The notes beneath the pieces were generated by a model. It ran no database searches and had not been told where the DNA came from. It saw only the letters and a program-made list of their open reading frames with translations. From an uncultured Acidimicrobiia bacterium (lineage in GTDB: Bacteria > Actinomycetota > Acidimicrobiia > Spongiisociales > ZC4RG35): 64,000 bases of DNA. Below, piece after piece: positions 1-11,045 of this stretch. Where the stretch lies: positions 9,288 through 73,287 of the forward strand of contig CAWIXU010000004.1 in the NCBI GenBank assembly GCA_963840175.1. Direction: 5' to 3'. The position numbers and the translations under genes are program-made. Numbering within the stretch: position 1 is the stretch's first letter; every line of letters begins with the position of its first letter.

Positions 1-1
1 A

Positions 2-400
2 CTCGACATCTCGATTGACAATGCACCCGGCACCGTGATCATCGCTATGACCCAGGCCGGCAACTCTGGTACGCCTGGTCTGTTGGATACAGGTGACATG
101 ATCCTCATCTACTTCTCTGAGGATGTCGTTGTCGCTCCCGGTGCCACGATCCAGCTTCTCGACCCTGACGGAACCACCGCCACGATCACATGTGGCGTCG
201 AGGCGACTTGCGCCTCCGGTCCTGCCGACCAACTGTTGATCACGATTACGGTTGCACTGCCCACCTCCGGCGGGACCACGCCCGGCATCGAGAATCAAGC
301 CGAGATAACAGCGGTAGGCGGCATCACCGCCTCTGACAACGGCGCTGCGGTCAACACTGCGGATTCGAGCGTTTTCGGCCGCACATTCTTCGACTTCTAG
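2..400 (+). CDS. 3' end of a secreted/surface protein of unknown function (5' part outside window)
   Basis: Frame open from nt 2 (LDISIDNAPGTVIIAMTQ...) to TAG 398-400. Thr/Gly/Ala/Ile-rich composition with no catalytic motif recognised. Directly upstream of two SLH proteins. Confidence 0.3.
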   Translation, partial: LDISIDNAPGTVIIAMTQAGNSGTPGLLDTGDMILIYFSEDVVVAPGATIQLLDPDGTTATITCGVEATCASGPADQLLITITVALPTSGGTTPGIENQAEITAVGGITASDNGAAVNTADSSVFGRTFFDF

Positions 401-441
401 CAGTTGACTCCAACGGGGAACGTGAGCGTCCCCGGCAACGT

Positions 442-1154
442 TTGACACCCATAGTGTCGAGGAAAATTTCGTTTGGGTTGGTGGTCGTTCTGATGGGCCT
501 TCTTGCGTCGCCGGCACAAGCTCATCCGGTTCCGATCGACACCTCGAGCGTCGTGCCCGGCGACCACCCCCAATGCGGGGTTCACCGACATTGGAACCTT
601 CGACGCCACTACTCGGACCGCCATCAACTGCCTGGCGGCCTTCGGGATCGCGCAGGGCACCACTGCTGCGACCTATTCGCCCAACGCCAACGTCGCCCGC
701 TGGCAGATGGCGCTCTTTCTCATTCGTCAGGCCGAGGACCATGGCCTGACCGTACCGGCGCCGGTCGATCAGGGTTTCACTGATATCGGCGGGCAGGCAG
801 CGGCGACGCAGAGACGCGATCAATCAGGTCGCGCAGATGGGGATCAGCAGCGGGACGACTTCGACCACCTTTTCGCCCAACGACACTGTTACTCGCTGGC
901 AGATGGCGCTTTTCCTCTATCGACTCGCCGTTCAGGCCGGGGTGACGGTCACCGACGATCCAACCAGCGATTCCTTTAGCGACATCGGCGGCTACGGCAG
1001 CGAGATTCAAACCGCGATCAACTTCCTCGCGGACGGGCACATCGCGCTCGGAACCAGCGAAGGAATCTTCTCGGGCAACGTAAATGTCACCCGCTGGCAG
1101 ATGGCTCTGTTCATCACCCGGGTGCTGGCGGCCGACGGCATCACGCAGTCGTGA
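442..1154 (+). CDS. SLH-domain cell-surface protein (3 SLH repeats), frameshifted
   Basis: TTG 442 plus signal peptide SRKISFGLVVVLMGLLASPAQA. Three SLH-type repeats: FTDIGTFDATTRTAINCLAAFGIAQG..VARWQMALFLIR; FTDIGG..GISSGTTSTTFSPNDTVTRWQMALFLYR; FSDIGGYGSEIQTAINFLADGHIALG..VTRWQMALFITR. Read-through needs 2 frame changes (ORFs 442-783 -> 503-979 -> 837-1154). Confidence 0.75.
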
Positions 1155-1163
1155 GAGCGTATC

Positions 1164-3255
1164 ATGCGCCGTTTGCTCATCGTTTCGGCAGTTCTTGCGC
1201 TGATTGCGGGCTGATGGCACTGCCCGCCGGAGCGTTGGTTTCGGAGGCCTGTCCTTCCAACCTGCCCGCCGGAGCGCTTCGGTGACCTGGCCGGTTTGAG
1301 CACGGATGCTCTGGATGCCATCGATTGCGTTGCCCATTACAAGATCGCCGCAGGGCACCTCGGCGACGACATTCAGCCCCAATTCTTCTGTGCTTCGCTG
1401 GCAGATGGCCCTGTTCCTCACCAGAACGGTGACGGCTCTGGGAGTCGCCCTTCCCAACGGAGCCGGCCAGGGGTTCACCGACATCGGATCTATGCCGGCG
1501 GCGACCCAGACCGCCATCAATCAGATCCGCCAACTCGGAATCAGCCTGGGGACCTCCGCTACCTCCTTCAATCCGTTGGGCGTGGTGCCTCGCTGGCAAA
1601 TGGCTCTGTTCCTGAGCCGGCTCCTCTCAAGCGGTCGGGGTCTCGCTTCCCAACGGCGCCAGCCAGGGCTTCACCGACATCTCGGCCATGCCGGTCGGCG
1701 ACGCAGGTCGCGATCAACCAACTTCGCCAGCTCGGCGTCGCGCTGGGGACAACCGCAACCAGACCTTCTCGCCGTTCAGCGACGTCTTGCGCTGGCAGAT
1801 GGCGCTCTTCCTGGCCCGGTCGACCGAAACCGCGGGTGGCCTTCCGTTCCGATTGGCGGCGGCGCTGCCAGTCGACCACTCCTCCGACCTCGGGCACTGT
1901 CCCCTTGACAGTCACCGTCCGCAATCCCGACGGAAGCCTGGCCAGCGAACCGGCGAGTGGACGTGTTCGTGGCGGCATCGCTCGACAGCAACGGGCGCTG
2001 CGTGCTCGACAACGATGCTCATGTCAACGGAGGCGATGCCGGCTACCAACAGCAACTGCGTGCTCGACAACAATGATCCGCTCACCAATGGCAGCGGTGT
2101 CGTTACGGTCAACCTCACCCACGATGCGACTCAGGAAGTCGACACGATTTACTCCTGGACCGGCGAGGTCGGTGAAACGTTCGATTTGCAGGACGTCCGA
2201 GGCGAAGCGGCGGTGCAGCTCACCTGGGGTGCGGCTCCAACCGGCCTGACCATTCCAGCAAACGTGAGCGCCGGATTTGCTACGTCAGCGCGCGGTCAGG
2301 GCCCAACTGATCGGGCCCGGGGGCGCGGCAGTGACCCTGTCGGGTCAGAACATCAGGTTCACGGTGCAGCGCGGCAACCAGACGATTCTCACCCAGACGG
2401 TGATGACGGGAGCCGACGGAAGCGCCACTCTGACCTATGTCGGTCCGGCCGATCCTTCGGGAGCAGACGACGCTGCGGTCATCGACAACGTCACGGCGTT
2501 CTGGGACAAGGACCGGGACAACGTCGACGACGGCGCGGCCGAGTTCGACGACAGCGGCACCGTTACTTGGGACGATCTGCTTGCCCCCGGTTACGACCGC
2601 CTCTCTCAGCCAGAGTTCCTTGACGCAATCTGCTCGGCGAGTTCGCTTCGATCTCGGTCACCGTCCGCGACAAGTTCAGTCAGCCGATCGCCAACGCCGA
2701 CGTGACGTTCCAAACCGGACAGGCCGGTCCGACCGTCGCCACCACCAACGCCTCTGGAGTGGCCACTTTCCAGTACACGGTCGTTGGCACGGGCTTGGCG
2801 GACTCCGTCGACGCCAGCGTGGATCTCAATCGAGATGGCGACACCAACGATCCCGGTGACCTGGGCTTTGGTGGCGTCACCAACCTCATTCACTACTGGG
2901 TCGCGACCGCGCCGACGCTGGCCGGGATTGACCGTCGTTCGATGTGATTGCGATCAATGCCGGCGCCAACACGGTCGACGTCGTCCAGATCGGCACCGCC
3001 AACTACTACCGGCTCACCTACGACGCGAATGACCAGTTCAATGTCAACGGGGGTGGCTCGGAGAGCCTGGACCAGTTCGAGTCGGCATTGGTCGGTATGC
3101 TGCTTCCGGATCTCGACGGTCCGGGAGGCCAGGAGCTGATCGACCAATCCCTACTCCACACCTGCCGGCGCCGCCAGCGCGTTCCTGCTGAATACCTAGA
3201 GCACGCTCTGGCTAGCGCCTCGAGCGATTTTTGGGACGCGGAGCCGTCGCCGTAG
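1164..3255 (+). CDS. Large surface protein: signal peptide + 3 SLH repeats + Ig-like beta-rich C-terminal region, heavily frameshifted
   Basis: ATG 1164 MRRLLIVSAVLALIAG. SLH repeats ..SVLRWQMALFLTR, ..VVPRWQMALFLSR, ..SDVLRWQMALFLAR in ORFs 1306-1908, 1296-2249 and 1688-2623. Later fragments (TVTVRNPDGS, GSGVVTVNLTHDATQEVDTIYSW, NIRFTVQRGNQTILTQTVMTGADGSATLTY, NASGVATFQYTVVGTG) look like bacterial Ig-like strands. At least 8 frame changes; 3' end uncertain (3199 or 3255). Confidence 0.55.
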
Positions 3256-4292
3256 GGGCTCGGGATGTCTCCGAGGTCGCTCCCATCCGACTTCGAGCAG
3301 GCGGCGCGCCTCGGCGCCGATCCCGGCACCGGCCGCGACTCGGACCGCGAACGTGCCCATGACCTCGGGGCGTTCGGTCGAGTTGCGGACCACCACCAAG
3401 GGTCGTTTCAAAACCGACACCTCTTCGGCGATCCCTCCCGAATCTGAAATCATCAACGCCGCCTCGGCCTCGAGAGCCAAGAAAGTCGCGATAGCCGATC
3501 GGTTCAACGACCATGAGCTTGTGCGAGCAGAGGCTCCGAGGCCGAACTCCTCGGCCCGGGCGACCGAGCGAGGATGCAACGGCAGCAGGACCGGCAGTGG
3601 CAGCGAGGCGAGCTCGATTCAGAATGGTCGAGTACGTGTCTCGCGTCGTCGACATTCTCGGGTCGATGAAAGGTCGAGAGGATGAAGCGGCCGCTTCCAC
3701 GCCGATACCGAGCCAGAATTTCTCCTACGATCCGTGGGAGCAAGGCGGCGACCGCTTCGACCACCGTGTTGCCTGTCAACGCCACCCGTCCGCCGCGATC
3801 CCCTCGGCGTGCGAGGTTGTCGACCGAAGTTGGCGTCGGGGCGCAACAGAGGTTGCTCAGGTGGTCGGTGACCACCCGGTTGTGCTCCTCGGGCATCCCC
3901 CAGTCGTGGCTCCGCAGCCCCGCCTCGATATGACAGAGGAAGACCGAGCGGGCGTTGGCGGCGAGGGCTCCGGCCGTCACCGAGTTGGTATCCCCTTGAA
4001 CGAGGACGGCACGAGGCTGCTGCTCGGCGAATAGTTCGTCGAGTGAAGCGATGGCCGAACCGATCTGTTGGCCGCGGCTGATCCCGCCGACTTCGAGGAA
4101 GGTGTCAGGGGTTGGGAGGCCGAGGTCGCGGAAGAAGACCTCAGAGAGGTTGGGGTCGTAGTGCTGGCCGGTATGGACGACGAAGGCGGCGTCGCCCAGC
4201 AGATGAATGATGTGGGAGAGCTTGACGATCTCGGGCCGGGTACCCAGCACGACCGCGATTGACTTGGGTGGGAATCCGTACTGGTTGGTCAT
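3196..4292 (-). CDS. wecB: UDP-N-acetylglucosamine 2-epimerase (non-hydrolysing), frameshifted
   Basis: IAVVLGTRPEIVKLSHII, HTGQHYDPNLSEVFF, VLVQGDTNS, IEAGLRS in ORF 3504-4292. C-terminal DSGGIAEEVSVLKRPLVVVRNSTERPE in ORF 3196-3579. Confidence 0.85.
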
Positions 4293-4306
4293 AACCTCGG
4301 CCGGGC

Positions 4307-5477
4307 ATGCTACGGGCTCTCCTCCTTGTTCTTGAGCTGGCCCTCATCGCCCTCATCGCCTACAACCTGCGTTGTCGCTCTGCTTTGGATGGAGAAATCC
4401 CGTGACGAGGGCCAGCGGCAGTCGCGCAGCCACCGCTTCGTCATCGTGATCCCCGCTTACAACGAGGAGCGCGTCGTTGTCGCCCGGCCGGTCGCCGATC
4501 TGACACCACAACTAAGGGAAGGTGACGAGTTGTGGGTGCTCGCCGACCGATGCACCGACGACACGGCCGAGGTGGCGCAGGCGGCCGGAGCGCGCGTCGA
4601 CCGAACGCTCCGAGCGGGCCCGACGGAAAAGGCACCGGCACTGGCATGGTTCGTTGCCAAGCGACCGCTAGTTAGCGACGAGGCGCTCGTCGTGATCGAC
4701 GCCGACAATCGGGTCCCCGGCAAGCTCCTCGATCGGTTCGGCGCCGAACTGACCGACGGGCACTCGGTGCTGCAGGCCTACCTCGATGTGGCCAACCCCG
4801 ACGAGTCGGCGTTGGCGACCGCCTCGGCACTCTCGTATTGGGCTTCGAACCGCATGGTCCAGCTGGCGCGGGCCAACCTGGGTTGGACAGCCGATCTCGG
4901 CGGCACCGGCATGTGTCTGACTTCTCGAGGCGCTGAACGCACGCGGGCGGATTCGGGACATCGTTGGTCGAGGACCAGGACCTCGGAGTTCGCTGCTTTC
5001 TCGCCGGACACCCGGTCCGTTGGCTGCACGACGTTCGAATCGCCGATGAGAAACCTCCCACGGCCACCGTCGCTGTACGCCAACGGTCACGCTGGACAAG
5101 TGGACGTCGTCAGGTCGCTCGCCGTTGGTTGGAGAAGGTTGTCAGCCGAGCGACAGCCGGCGTCGCTTGATCTCGCGCTTGCGTCTGGTGCAACCTTCGC
5201 GGATGGGGATGGCGTTGCTCAGCGCCGCGCTGGCCGTGGCCTCGGCTCTCGGCGCGTCCTCTGCTTGCCCTGGCCGTTGTGGACGGCGGTTGCGCTGGTC
5301 CAGTTGCTCGCCCCGATCCCGTTTCTGATCCGCGACCGGGTGCCGTCTCGCTATCTGAGGAAATATCCGCTGCTGGCGTTGCTCCCACTGCTCAAGATTC
5401 CGGGCACGCTTCGTCGCAACCGGGAGTGGTATCACACGCCCCACGGGTTATCGGACGGTTATCCGACTGGGCCCTGA
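4307..5477 (+). CDS. Membrane glycosyltransferase family 2, frameshifted
   Basis: ATG 4307 gives TM segment MLRALLLVLELALIALIAYNL (frame differs from ORF 4326-5477). GT2 core FVIVIPAYNEE..VVIDADN. EDQDLGVR and QRSRWTSG (Q/RxxRW) motif in ORF 4964-5170. C-terminal TM helices. Confidence 0.7.
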
Positions 5478-6432
5478 CGGCCCGGGGCGAGCGGAGTAGC
5501 CCGCGAACCAAGCCCGACGCCGTAACTCAGGTGCATGATCGCGATTGACCCAATACCTCGAGCAGCCGTCCCCGACTCGCCGAGGGCGAGCACCACGATC
5601 CAGACGACGATCAGGAGAAGCAGCGGCCACCAAATCGTGGTGAGCAGGCCGAAGGCGACCGCGACGACCAGGCCGAGAACCAGGGCTAGCGGAGCCAGCG
5701 GTCGCCATGACGGGAATTCGCCGTTGAGATAGAGCATGTCGGCCTTGCCCAGTCCGTATCGGTAGAACTGGCGCCACAGAGCTGCCGGTGTGGACCGGGG
5801 TCGATAGGTCGTACGGATACTAGGATCGATGAGGATCCGTCCTCCACGTTGGCGAAGTCGATAGAAGAAGTCGGCATCCTCGGCGACACGAGACGGCAGT
5901 GATCTCATCCCGCCGTTGGCGAGGAAAGTCTGCCCGGGTCATGGTTCCGAGATAGACGGTGTCACCTTCGGTTGGCTCCTCGGTGTGATGAAACGGCGCT
6001 GGTCCGATTCCGAACTTTCGAGCGGTAGGCCGCCGCGACCGCCCGGCCAAAAGCGTTGTCGCCTTGCGGACGCATCGGACCGCCGACCGCTGCGGCTCCC
6101 GAAGCGAGGAGTGCTTGCACCGAACGAGTTACGTAAGTCAGGGCCGTAGGTGGTGTGAGCATCGGCTCGGATCAAGACGTCGGCTGCGGTGTTGTCCGCG
6201 GCGAGGTTGAGCGCGTGCGATTGCAGGCGTCGGGGATTGTCGACGACGCGCAACCTTGGTAGGCGAACCAGCCAGCGGGCAAGATGTTCGGGAGTGGCAT
6301 CGGTGGAACCGCCGTCGGCGACAACGAGTTCCCACTCCCCGGCGTAGTCCTGTTCCTCAATGCTCTGCGAGGCATTCGTCGATACTCCCGGCCTCGTTGA
6401 AGACCGGAAGCAACACAGCGACCGAGGGCAGT
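5459..6432 (-). CDS. Glycosyltransferase family 2 with C-terminal TM region, frameshifted
   Basis: PSVAVLLPVFNEAGSIDECL (rc of ~6370-6420), LRVVDNPRRLQSHALNLAADNTAADVLIRADAHTTY (ORF 5939-6253), AEDADFFYRLRQRGGRILIDPSIRTTYRPRST followed by TM helices (ORF 5459-5908). Start codon not resolved. Confidence 0.7.
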
Positions 6433-6450
6433 TGATTACGTTCTATCGCA

Positions 6451-7802
6451 ATGACGGATTCGGCCTGGCGCCAGCGGTTGTTTCTGGCAATGGTGGCGGT
6501 GCTCCCGCTTCATACCGTTTATCTAAGCGCCTGGATTTCGTGGAAGCCGTTCATGGTCCTCCTGGCCGTCCTGGCCCTGTGGGACCTGGGCGACGGCATT
6601 CGGCTCCGGCAGTGGCCATGGCACAAGCGAATCACGCTCGCGTTCCTTCCCTTGATGGTGGCGGTTGCGATCGGGTTCCCAGGTCCTGAGCTATCGCGAA
6701 CGATTCATCCGGCTCGCCTTAGCGCTTGTCGTCGGGTTCGGGGTGCTGGCAGTTACCGAGCGACGACTGCGCGGCGTCAGGAATGGGAGCGCGCACCCTA
6801 CGGGTCATCTTCTGGTCCGCGGCCGCCATGGCGGTGACCGGCCTGATCTTCTCGGTGCTGCTTCTCGGCCTCGGGGGGGACGAAGGAATCGACTACCTCA
6901 CAGGGTCGCGCGGTTACGACCTTCCTCTCCTCGACAAAATTGGCAAGCCCGCCTATCTCTTGTCGGGTTTCCTCGCGCTTTCCAACTGGCATCAGGACCC
7001 GGGCTATGGAGCCGCTTGGGCGGTCCTCTGGGCGACATTGGCCCTCATCGCTTCCCTCCGCGGCCTCGGAACCAAAAGTCCTCTGATCGACGGAGCGATC
7101 ATCGGTGTTCTTTGGTCCGCAGTGGTGATGGGATTCTCCCGCACCGGGTGGGTGGCGCTGGCCGTGTCGTTGGTTCTCGTGGCCTGGAAGGTGACACGGC
7201 GAGGATTGGTCAAACGGATCGTCGCTGCAACCGTTGCCCTGATCTTGTCGATGGGGCTTCTCTTCGTCGCTGATGTCGAGAATGTCGGGGGGGAGCTGCC
7301 ACTTCAGTTCGCCTTTCGGCTCCGTCAGGGCTGGGACCTCCTGGCATCGATCACCGGGCTGTTCGAGTCATCCGCAGCCTTCGAGGACCAGTTCCAGCCA
7401 TCCGAGCAACGGGCCGACGTCTGGCCGGAGTACTGGCAACTGTTCCTCGACCACCCGGTCACCGGGGTGGGCTTCGGGGTTGGCTGGGAAACCAACTCCA
7501 TCGGCCAGGAACCGCACAACTTGTTTCTCGAGCTCGGAGCAGAAACCGGGATCATCGGTCTCGTCGCTTTTGCGTTGTTGTTGGGCTTGATCATTCGCGC
7601 CGGCAGCGGAGTTCTCGGGGCGGTGGCGCTGACCGTGTCGTTCTTGCCTGCGTTCACCCAGACAGTGCTCTTCGAACCAACCTGGTGGTTCGCCGCCGGC
7701 CTGTTCTTGGCCGCGGGAGGGAAGTTCGAGGATGCCGCGGAGATGCCTGTAGAGTCGTCTGACGAGTCAGGGGTTGTCACCCCAAAACAAGCTGCTGCCT
7801 AG
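6451..7802 (+). CDS. O-antigen ligase / polymerase-like (Wzy_C family) polytopic membrane protein, frameshifted near 6.7 kb
   Basis: About 10 hydrophobic segments. Characteristic loop GVGFGVGWETNSIGQEPHNLFLELGAETGIIGLVAFALLLG in ORF 6726-7802. N-terminal TM fragment in ORF 6451-6837. Confidence 0.65.
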
Positions 7803-7816
7803 GGTTTTGGCGCGCC

Positions 7817-9727
7817 TTGCGTCTGCCTGGAAAGCTGGAAGGAGCGATTTTGCGCTCGCCAATCAGACAACTCCTCGCTGTGATTTTGGCCTTCGGGCTT
7901 CTCGGCGCGAACCTGCCCGTCGCCCACGCGCAGACGACCGATCCGACGTTCACCGTCACCGGATCGGGATGGGGTCACATGGTGGGAATGTCCCAATACG
8001 GAGCGAGGGCGCTCGCCGCGAATGGATCTTCGGCTGCCGATATCACCGGCTTCTATTACGCCGGAACCACCGTGCGTCAAACCACGGACGTCGTTTCCAA
8101 CTTCATGGTCACCGATCCCGATCCGCTCTGGATCGGACTGTTGCAGAACCGGTCGACCTTCAACTTCCGCGTCGACGGCGCCGGACCGGTCGGCCTTTGC
8201 AAAGCCAACGACGGCGAGGGCGAATGTCCCACCCAATTCGCCCTCTCGGGAGAAACCTGGGAGTTCCGCGCGTTGGGCGGCGGTGCCTGCCAGTACTTCA
8301 AAGCCGGGGTGGCAGTTGGCAATCCCGGAACCTGTCGCGGGGCCCTGACCTGGGACTTTGGCACGGGAACGAAGATCTTCTCACCCGATAACGGGCGGAC
8401 ATATGCCCGGGGCATCATCCGCTTCCGTCCGGCCGGAGCCGGATTCCATGTGGTTCTCGAAATCAACATGGAGGGATATCTCTATGGGCTGGGGGAGATG
8501 CCCTCGAGCTGGCCGATGGCGGCGATGCAGGCCCAGGCGATCGCGGCGCGCACCTACGCCTTGCGACAGGCATTGCGATACGGGCCGGAAGAGACGCTTG
8601 ACGCCTCCCGGCAGGCGACCTGTTGGTGTCAGCTGGTCTCCACGGTGGCCGATCAGGCGTACGTGGGTTGGGGCAAGGAGGTGGAGTCGCAAGGAAACCG
8701 GTGGGTCGAGGCAGTCAACACCAGTGCCGGCCAAGTGATCACCCACCCCCAAGCACCGGACTCGACAGTGATCGTCGCCTACTACGCCTCCTCCACGGGA
8801 GGCCACACCGATAGGAATGTCGAGGGCTTGGGCCACACCAATCCCTTGCCTTATCTGGTGGCGACGCCCGACCCCTGGTCCGTGTCAGCCGCCGCGGCTA
8901 ACCCTTTCGCGACCTGGACGCGCACGCTGACCGCAGCCGAGATCGCCACGGCCTTCGGGCTGGAATCAGTCACAGGCGTGGAGGTGACCCGACGCAATGG
9001 CTCCGGTACGGTGGCAGAGGTCACCATTGCCGGCACGCTTGGCGGACAGTCGACACTTCTTGTGCGCAGCGGCCGTAGTTTTCGTGATGCGTTTGCGATG
9101 CGTTCCACTGCCTACGCGATCAGCGGCGGGAGCGGGATCGGGACCGCCATCTGTGACGGCGTACCGCCCCCGGCGGGGTTCACCGATGTCGCGGTCGGCA
9201 ACATCCATTCCGAGGGAATCAACTGCCTGGCCGCCCTGGAGATCACCACCGGGACCACCGCCACCACGTTCTCGCCCGCCCAGGCGGTGAGCAGGTGGCA
9301 GATGGCAGTCTTCTTGATCCGCACCGCTCACGCCCTCGGGATTGCGGTGCCGGCACCCGTGCCGCAGGGATTCACGGACCTAACCGGCATGGCTCTCACC
9401 ACCGTCGATGCGATCAACCAGCTCAAACAACTCGGGGTCACCTCGGGAACGACCCCGACGACCTTTGCCCCCAACGCCAGCGTGTCCCGCTGGCAAATGG
9501 CGCATTTCCTCACCCGTCTTTTCGCGATCGCCGGCGGCGCACCGGCCGGAGCTGGCGCAAGCTTCAGTGATCTCAACGGCCTGAGCCCCGAGACGATCGC
9601 GGCGATTGGCCAGCTGGCCGGTCTGGGGATCACGCTCGGGACGGGTCCCGGGACCTTCGGCCCCAACGACGTGGTCACCCGCGAACAGATGGCGACCTTC
9701 CTCACCCGCCTGATCCGGCTCCTTTAG
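7817..9727 (+). CDS. SpoIID/LytB-domain protein fused to 3 C-terminal SLH repeats (intact ORF, 636 aa)
   Basis: Signal sequence. GSGWGHMVGMSQYGARALAANG, EMPSSWPMAAMQAQAIAARTYAL and YYASSTGGHT are SpoIID-type motifs. C-terminal FTDVAVGNIHSEGINCLAALEITTG..VSRWQMAVFLIR, FTDLTG..VSRWQMAHFLTR, FSDLNG..VTREQMATFLTRL are SLH-type. Confidence 0.85.
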   Translation: MRLPGKLEGAILRSPIRQLLAVILAFGLLGANLPVAHAQTTDPTFTVTGSGWGHMVGMSQYGARALAANGSSAADITGFYYAGTTVRQTTDVVSNFMVTDPDPLWIGLLQNRSTFNFRVDGAGPVGLCKANDGEGECPTQFALSGETWEFRALGGGACQYFKAGVAVGNPGTCRGALTWDFGTGTKIFSPDNGRTYARGIIRFRPAGAGFHVVLEINMEGYLYGLGEMPSSWPMAAMQAQAIAARTYALRQALRYGPEETLDASRQATCWCQLVSTVADQAYVGWGKEVESQGNRWVEAVNTSAGQVITHPQAPDSTVIVAYYASSTGGHTDRNVEGLGHTNPLPYLVATPDPWSVSAAAANPFATWTRTLTAAEIATAFGLESVTGVEVTRRNGSGTVAEVTIAGTLGGQSTLLVRSGRSFRDAFAMRSTAYAISGGSGIGTAICDGVPPPAGFTDVAVGNIHSEGINCLAALEITTGTTATTFSPAQAVSRWQMAVFLIRTAHALGIAVPAPVPQGFTDLTGMALTTVDAINQLKQLGVTSGTTPTTFAPNASVSRWQMAHFLTRLFAIAGGAPAGAGASFSDLNGLSPETIAAIGQLAGLGITLGTGPGTFGPNDVVTREQMATFLTRLIRLL

Positions 9728-9775
9728 TCCTATTTCCTCTGTAGGGAGAGTTGGGCGCGGCCGATTGATGACAGG

Positions 9776-11045
9776 ATGGCGGTTGTTGGCAATGGACCCG
9801 AAACAGAGTGCAGGCGTGACGTCGAAGAGCTGGACTCACCGCGGGGCTTCAAGGCACCGGGCACTGCTCGCATGATCGCCGGCTCGCTGGTCGGCGCGGT
9901 GGCGGCCTACCTCTTCCAGGTGCGTCGGCGTGCGCAGCGTCTGGGGACGGAAGCCTTCGCGCCGATCGCCGTCCTGTGGACCGTCTTCTTCATCGTCGCC
10001 ACTGTGATCGTCTGATTCCTCTGGAGCATTTCGTGACCCGCGAGGTGGGGCGAGGACGACGGGTGCTGCGTTCGGATCGAGCGGCGATGATCCTCTGATC
10101 CTCCTCTCACCGGCAACGCTGATCGCGGCTGTTCGTATTATCTGATGCGGGACCGCCTCTTTGCCGGCGAGTCGATCTTTGCGTTCCAGGCCTTCCTTCT
10201 GACGATCGGGTTTGGATTGATGCAGGTCGGCAAAGGCATCCTGGCCGGACATCGGCAGTTTGCTCGTTACGGGGCGCGTCCTGGGCTCGAAGGAATCATA
10301 CGGCTCTTGGCGGCCGTCATCTTCCTCGCGCTGTCGGCCAGCGCCGTCTCGCTCGGTTGGGCCATGGTGGCCGCGCCTCTCGGCGATCTTCTTCGTCACG
10401 ACCCTGGAGCCACGATCGGGAGACCGTCGCCGGAGTCGTCGCGACGCCGGCCCGCGGGTTCTTGTCTTCTTACGTTGCGGGCGCGGCAGCTTCCCAGCTT
10501 CTACTGGCCGGAGCCCCGCTCGCGGTAGCAGCTCTCGGTGGCAACGAGCATCTGCGTAGCGTCATGTTCGTCACCTTCACTCTGTATCGGGCGCCGCTGA
10601 CGCTGATTTACAACCTGCAGGGCCGAGTTCTTTCACTCCTGGTCCGCCTCGAAAACGGCGACGCGATTCGACGTCTGGATCGACCAGGGTGGCGACCTTC
10701 GGAGTCGGCATGATCGCGGTCGCCGGTCTGGTCGGATGGTTGGTCGGGCCGGCCGTCGTCGAGCTGCTTTACGGGCAGGATGCTCGTCCGATCGCACTCG
10801 TCGCAGCTTGTGCGGCGGCCGGCGTTATCGCCGCCTCGATCACGCAGATCCTTTCGCAGGCGCTGGTGGCGGGAGGATCAACCGGCGAGTTGGCCGGCGC
10901 GTGGGTCGGCGGCCTCGTCGTCGGGCTGGGGACGATGGCGCTTCTGGAACGGGCCTCCCGACGTGCGAGTGGCGGTCGGCTTCCTCGCCGGCGGAGGTTG
11001 TTCGCCCTGGCTTTGGCGACTTGGCGCATTCTCCGTCCGCGTTGA
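9776..11045 (+). CDS. Polytopic membrane protein, probable polysaccharide flippase (Wzx/MOP-like), frameshifted
   Basis: Four consecutive hydrophobic fragments (9776-10015, 10145-10528, 10357-10713, 10689-11045), e.g. IFAFQAFLLTIGFGLMQVGKGILAGH, FVTFTLYRAPLTLIYNLQGRVLSLLVR, IAVAGLVGWLVGPAVVELLYGQDARP. Family assigned from composition and context only. Confidence 0.4.
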
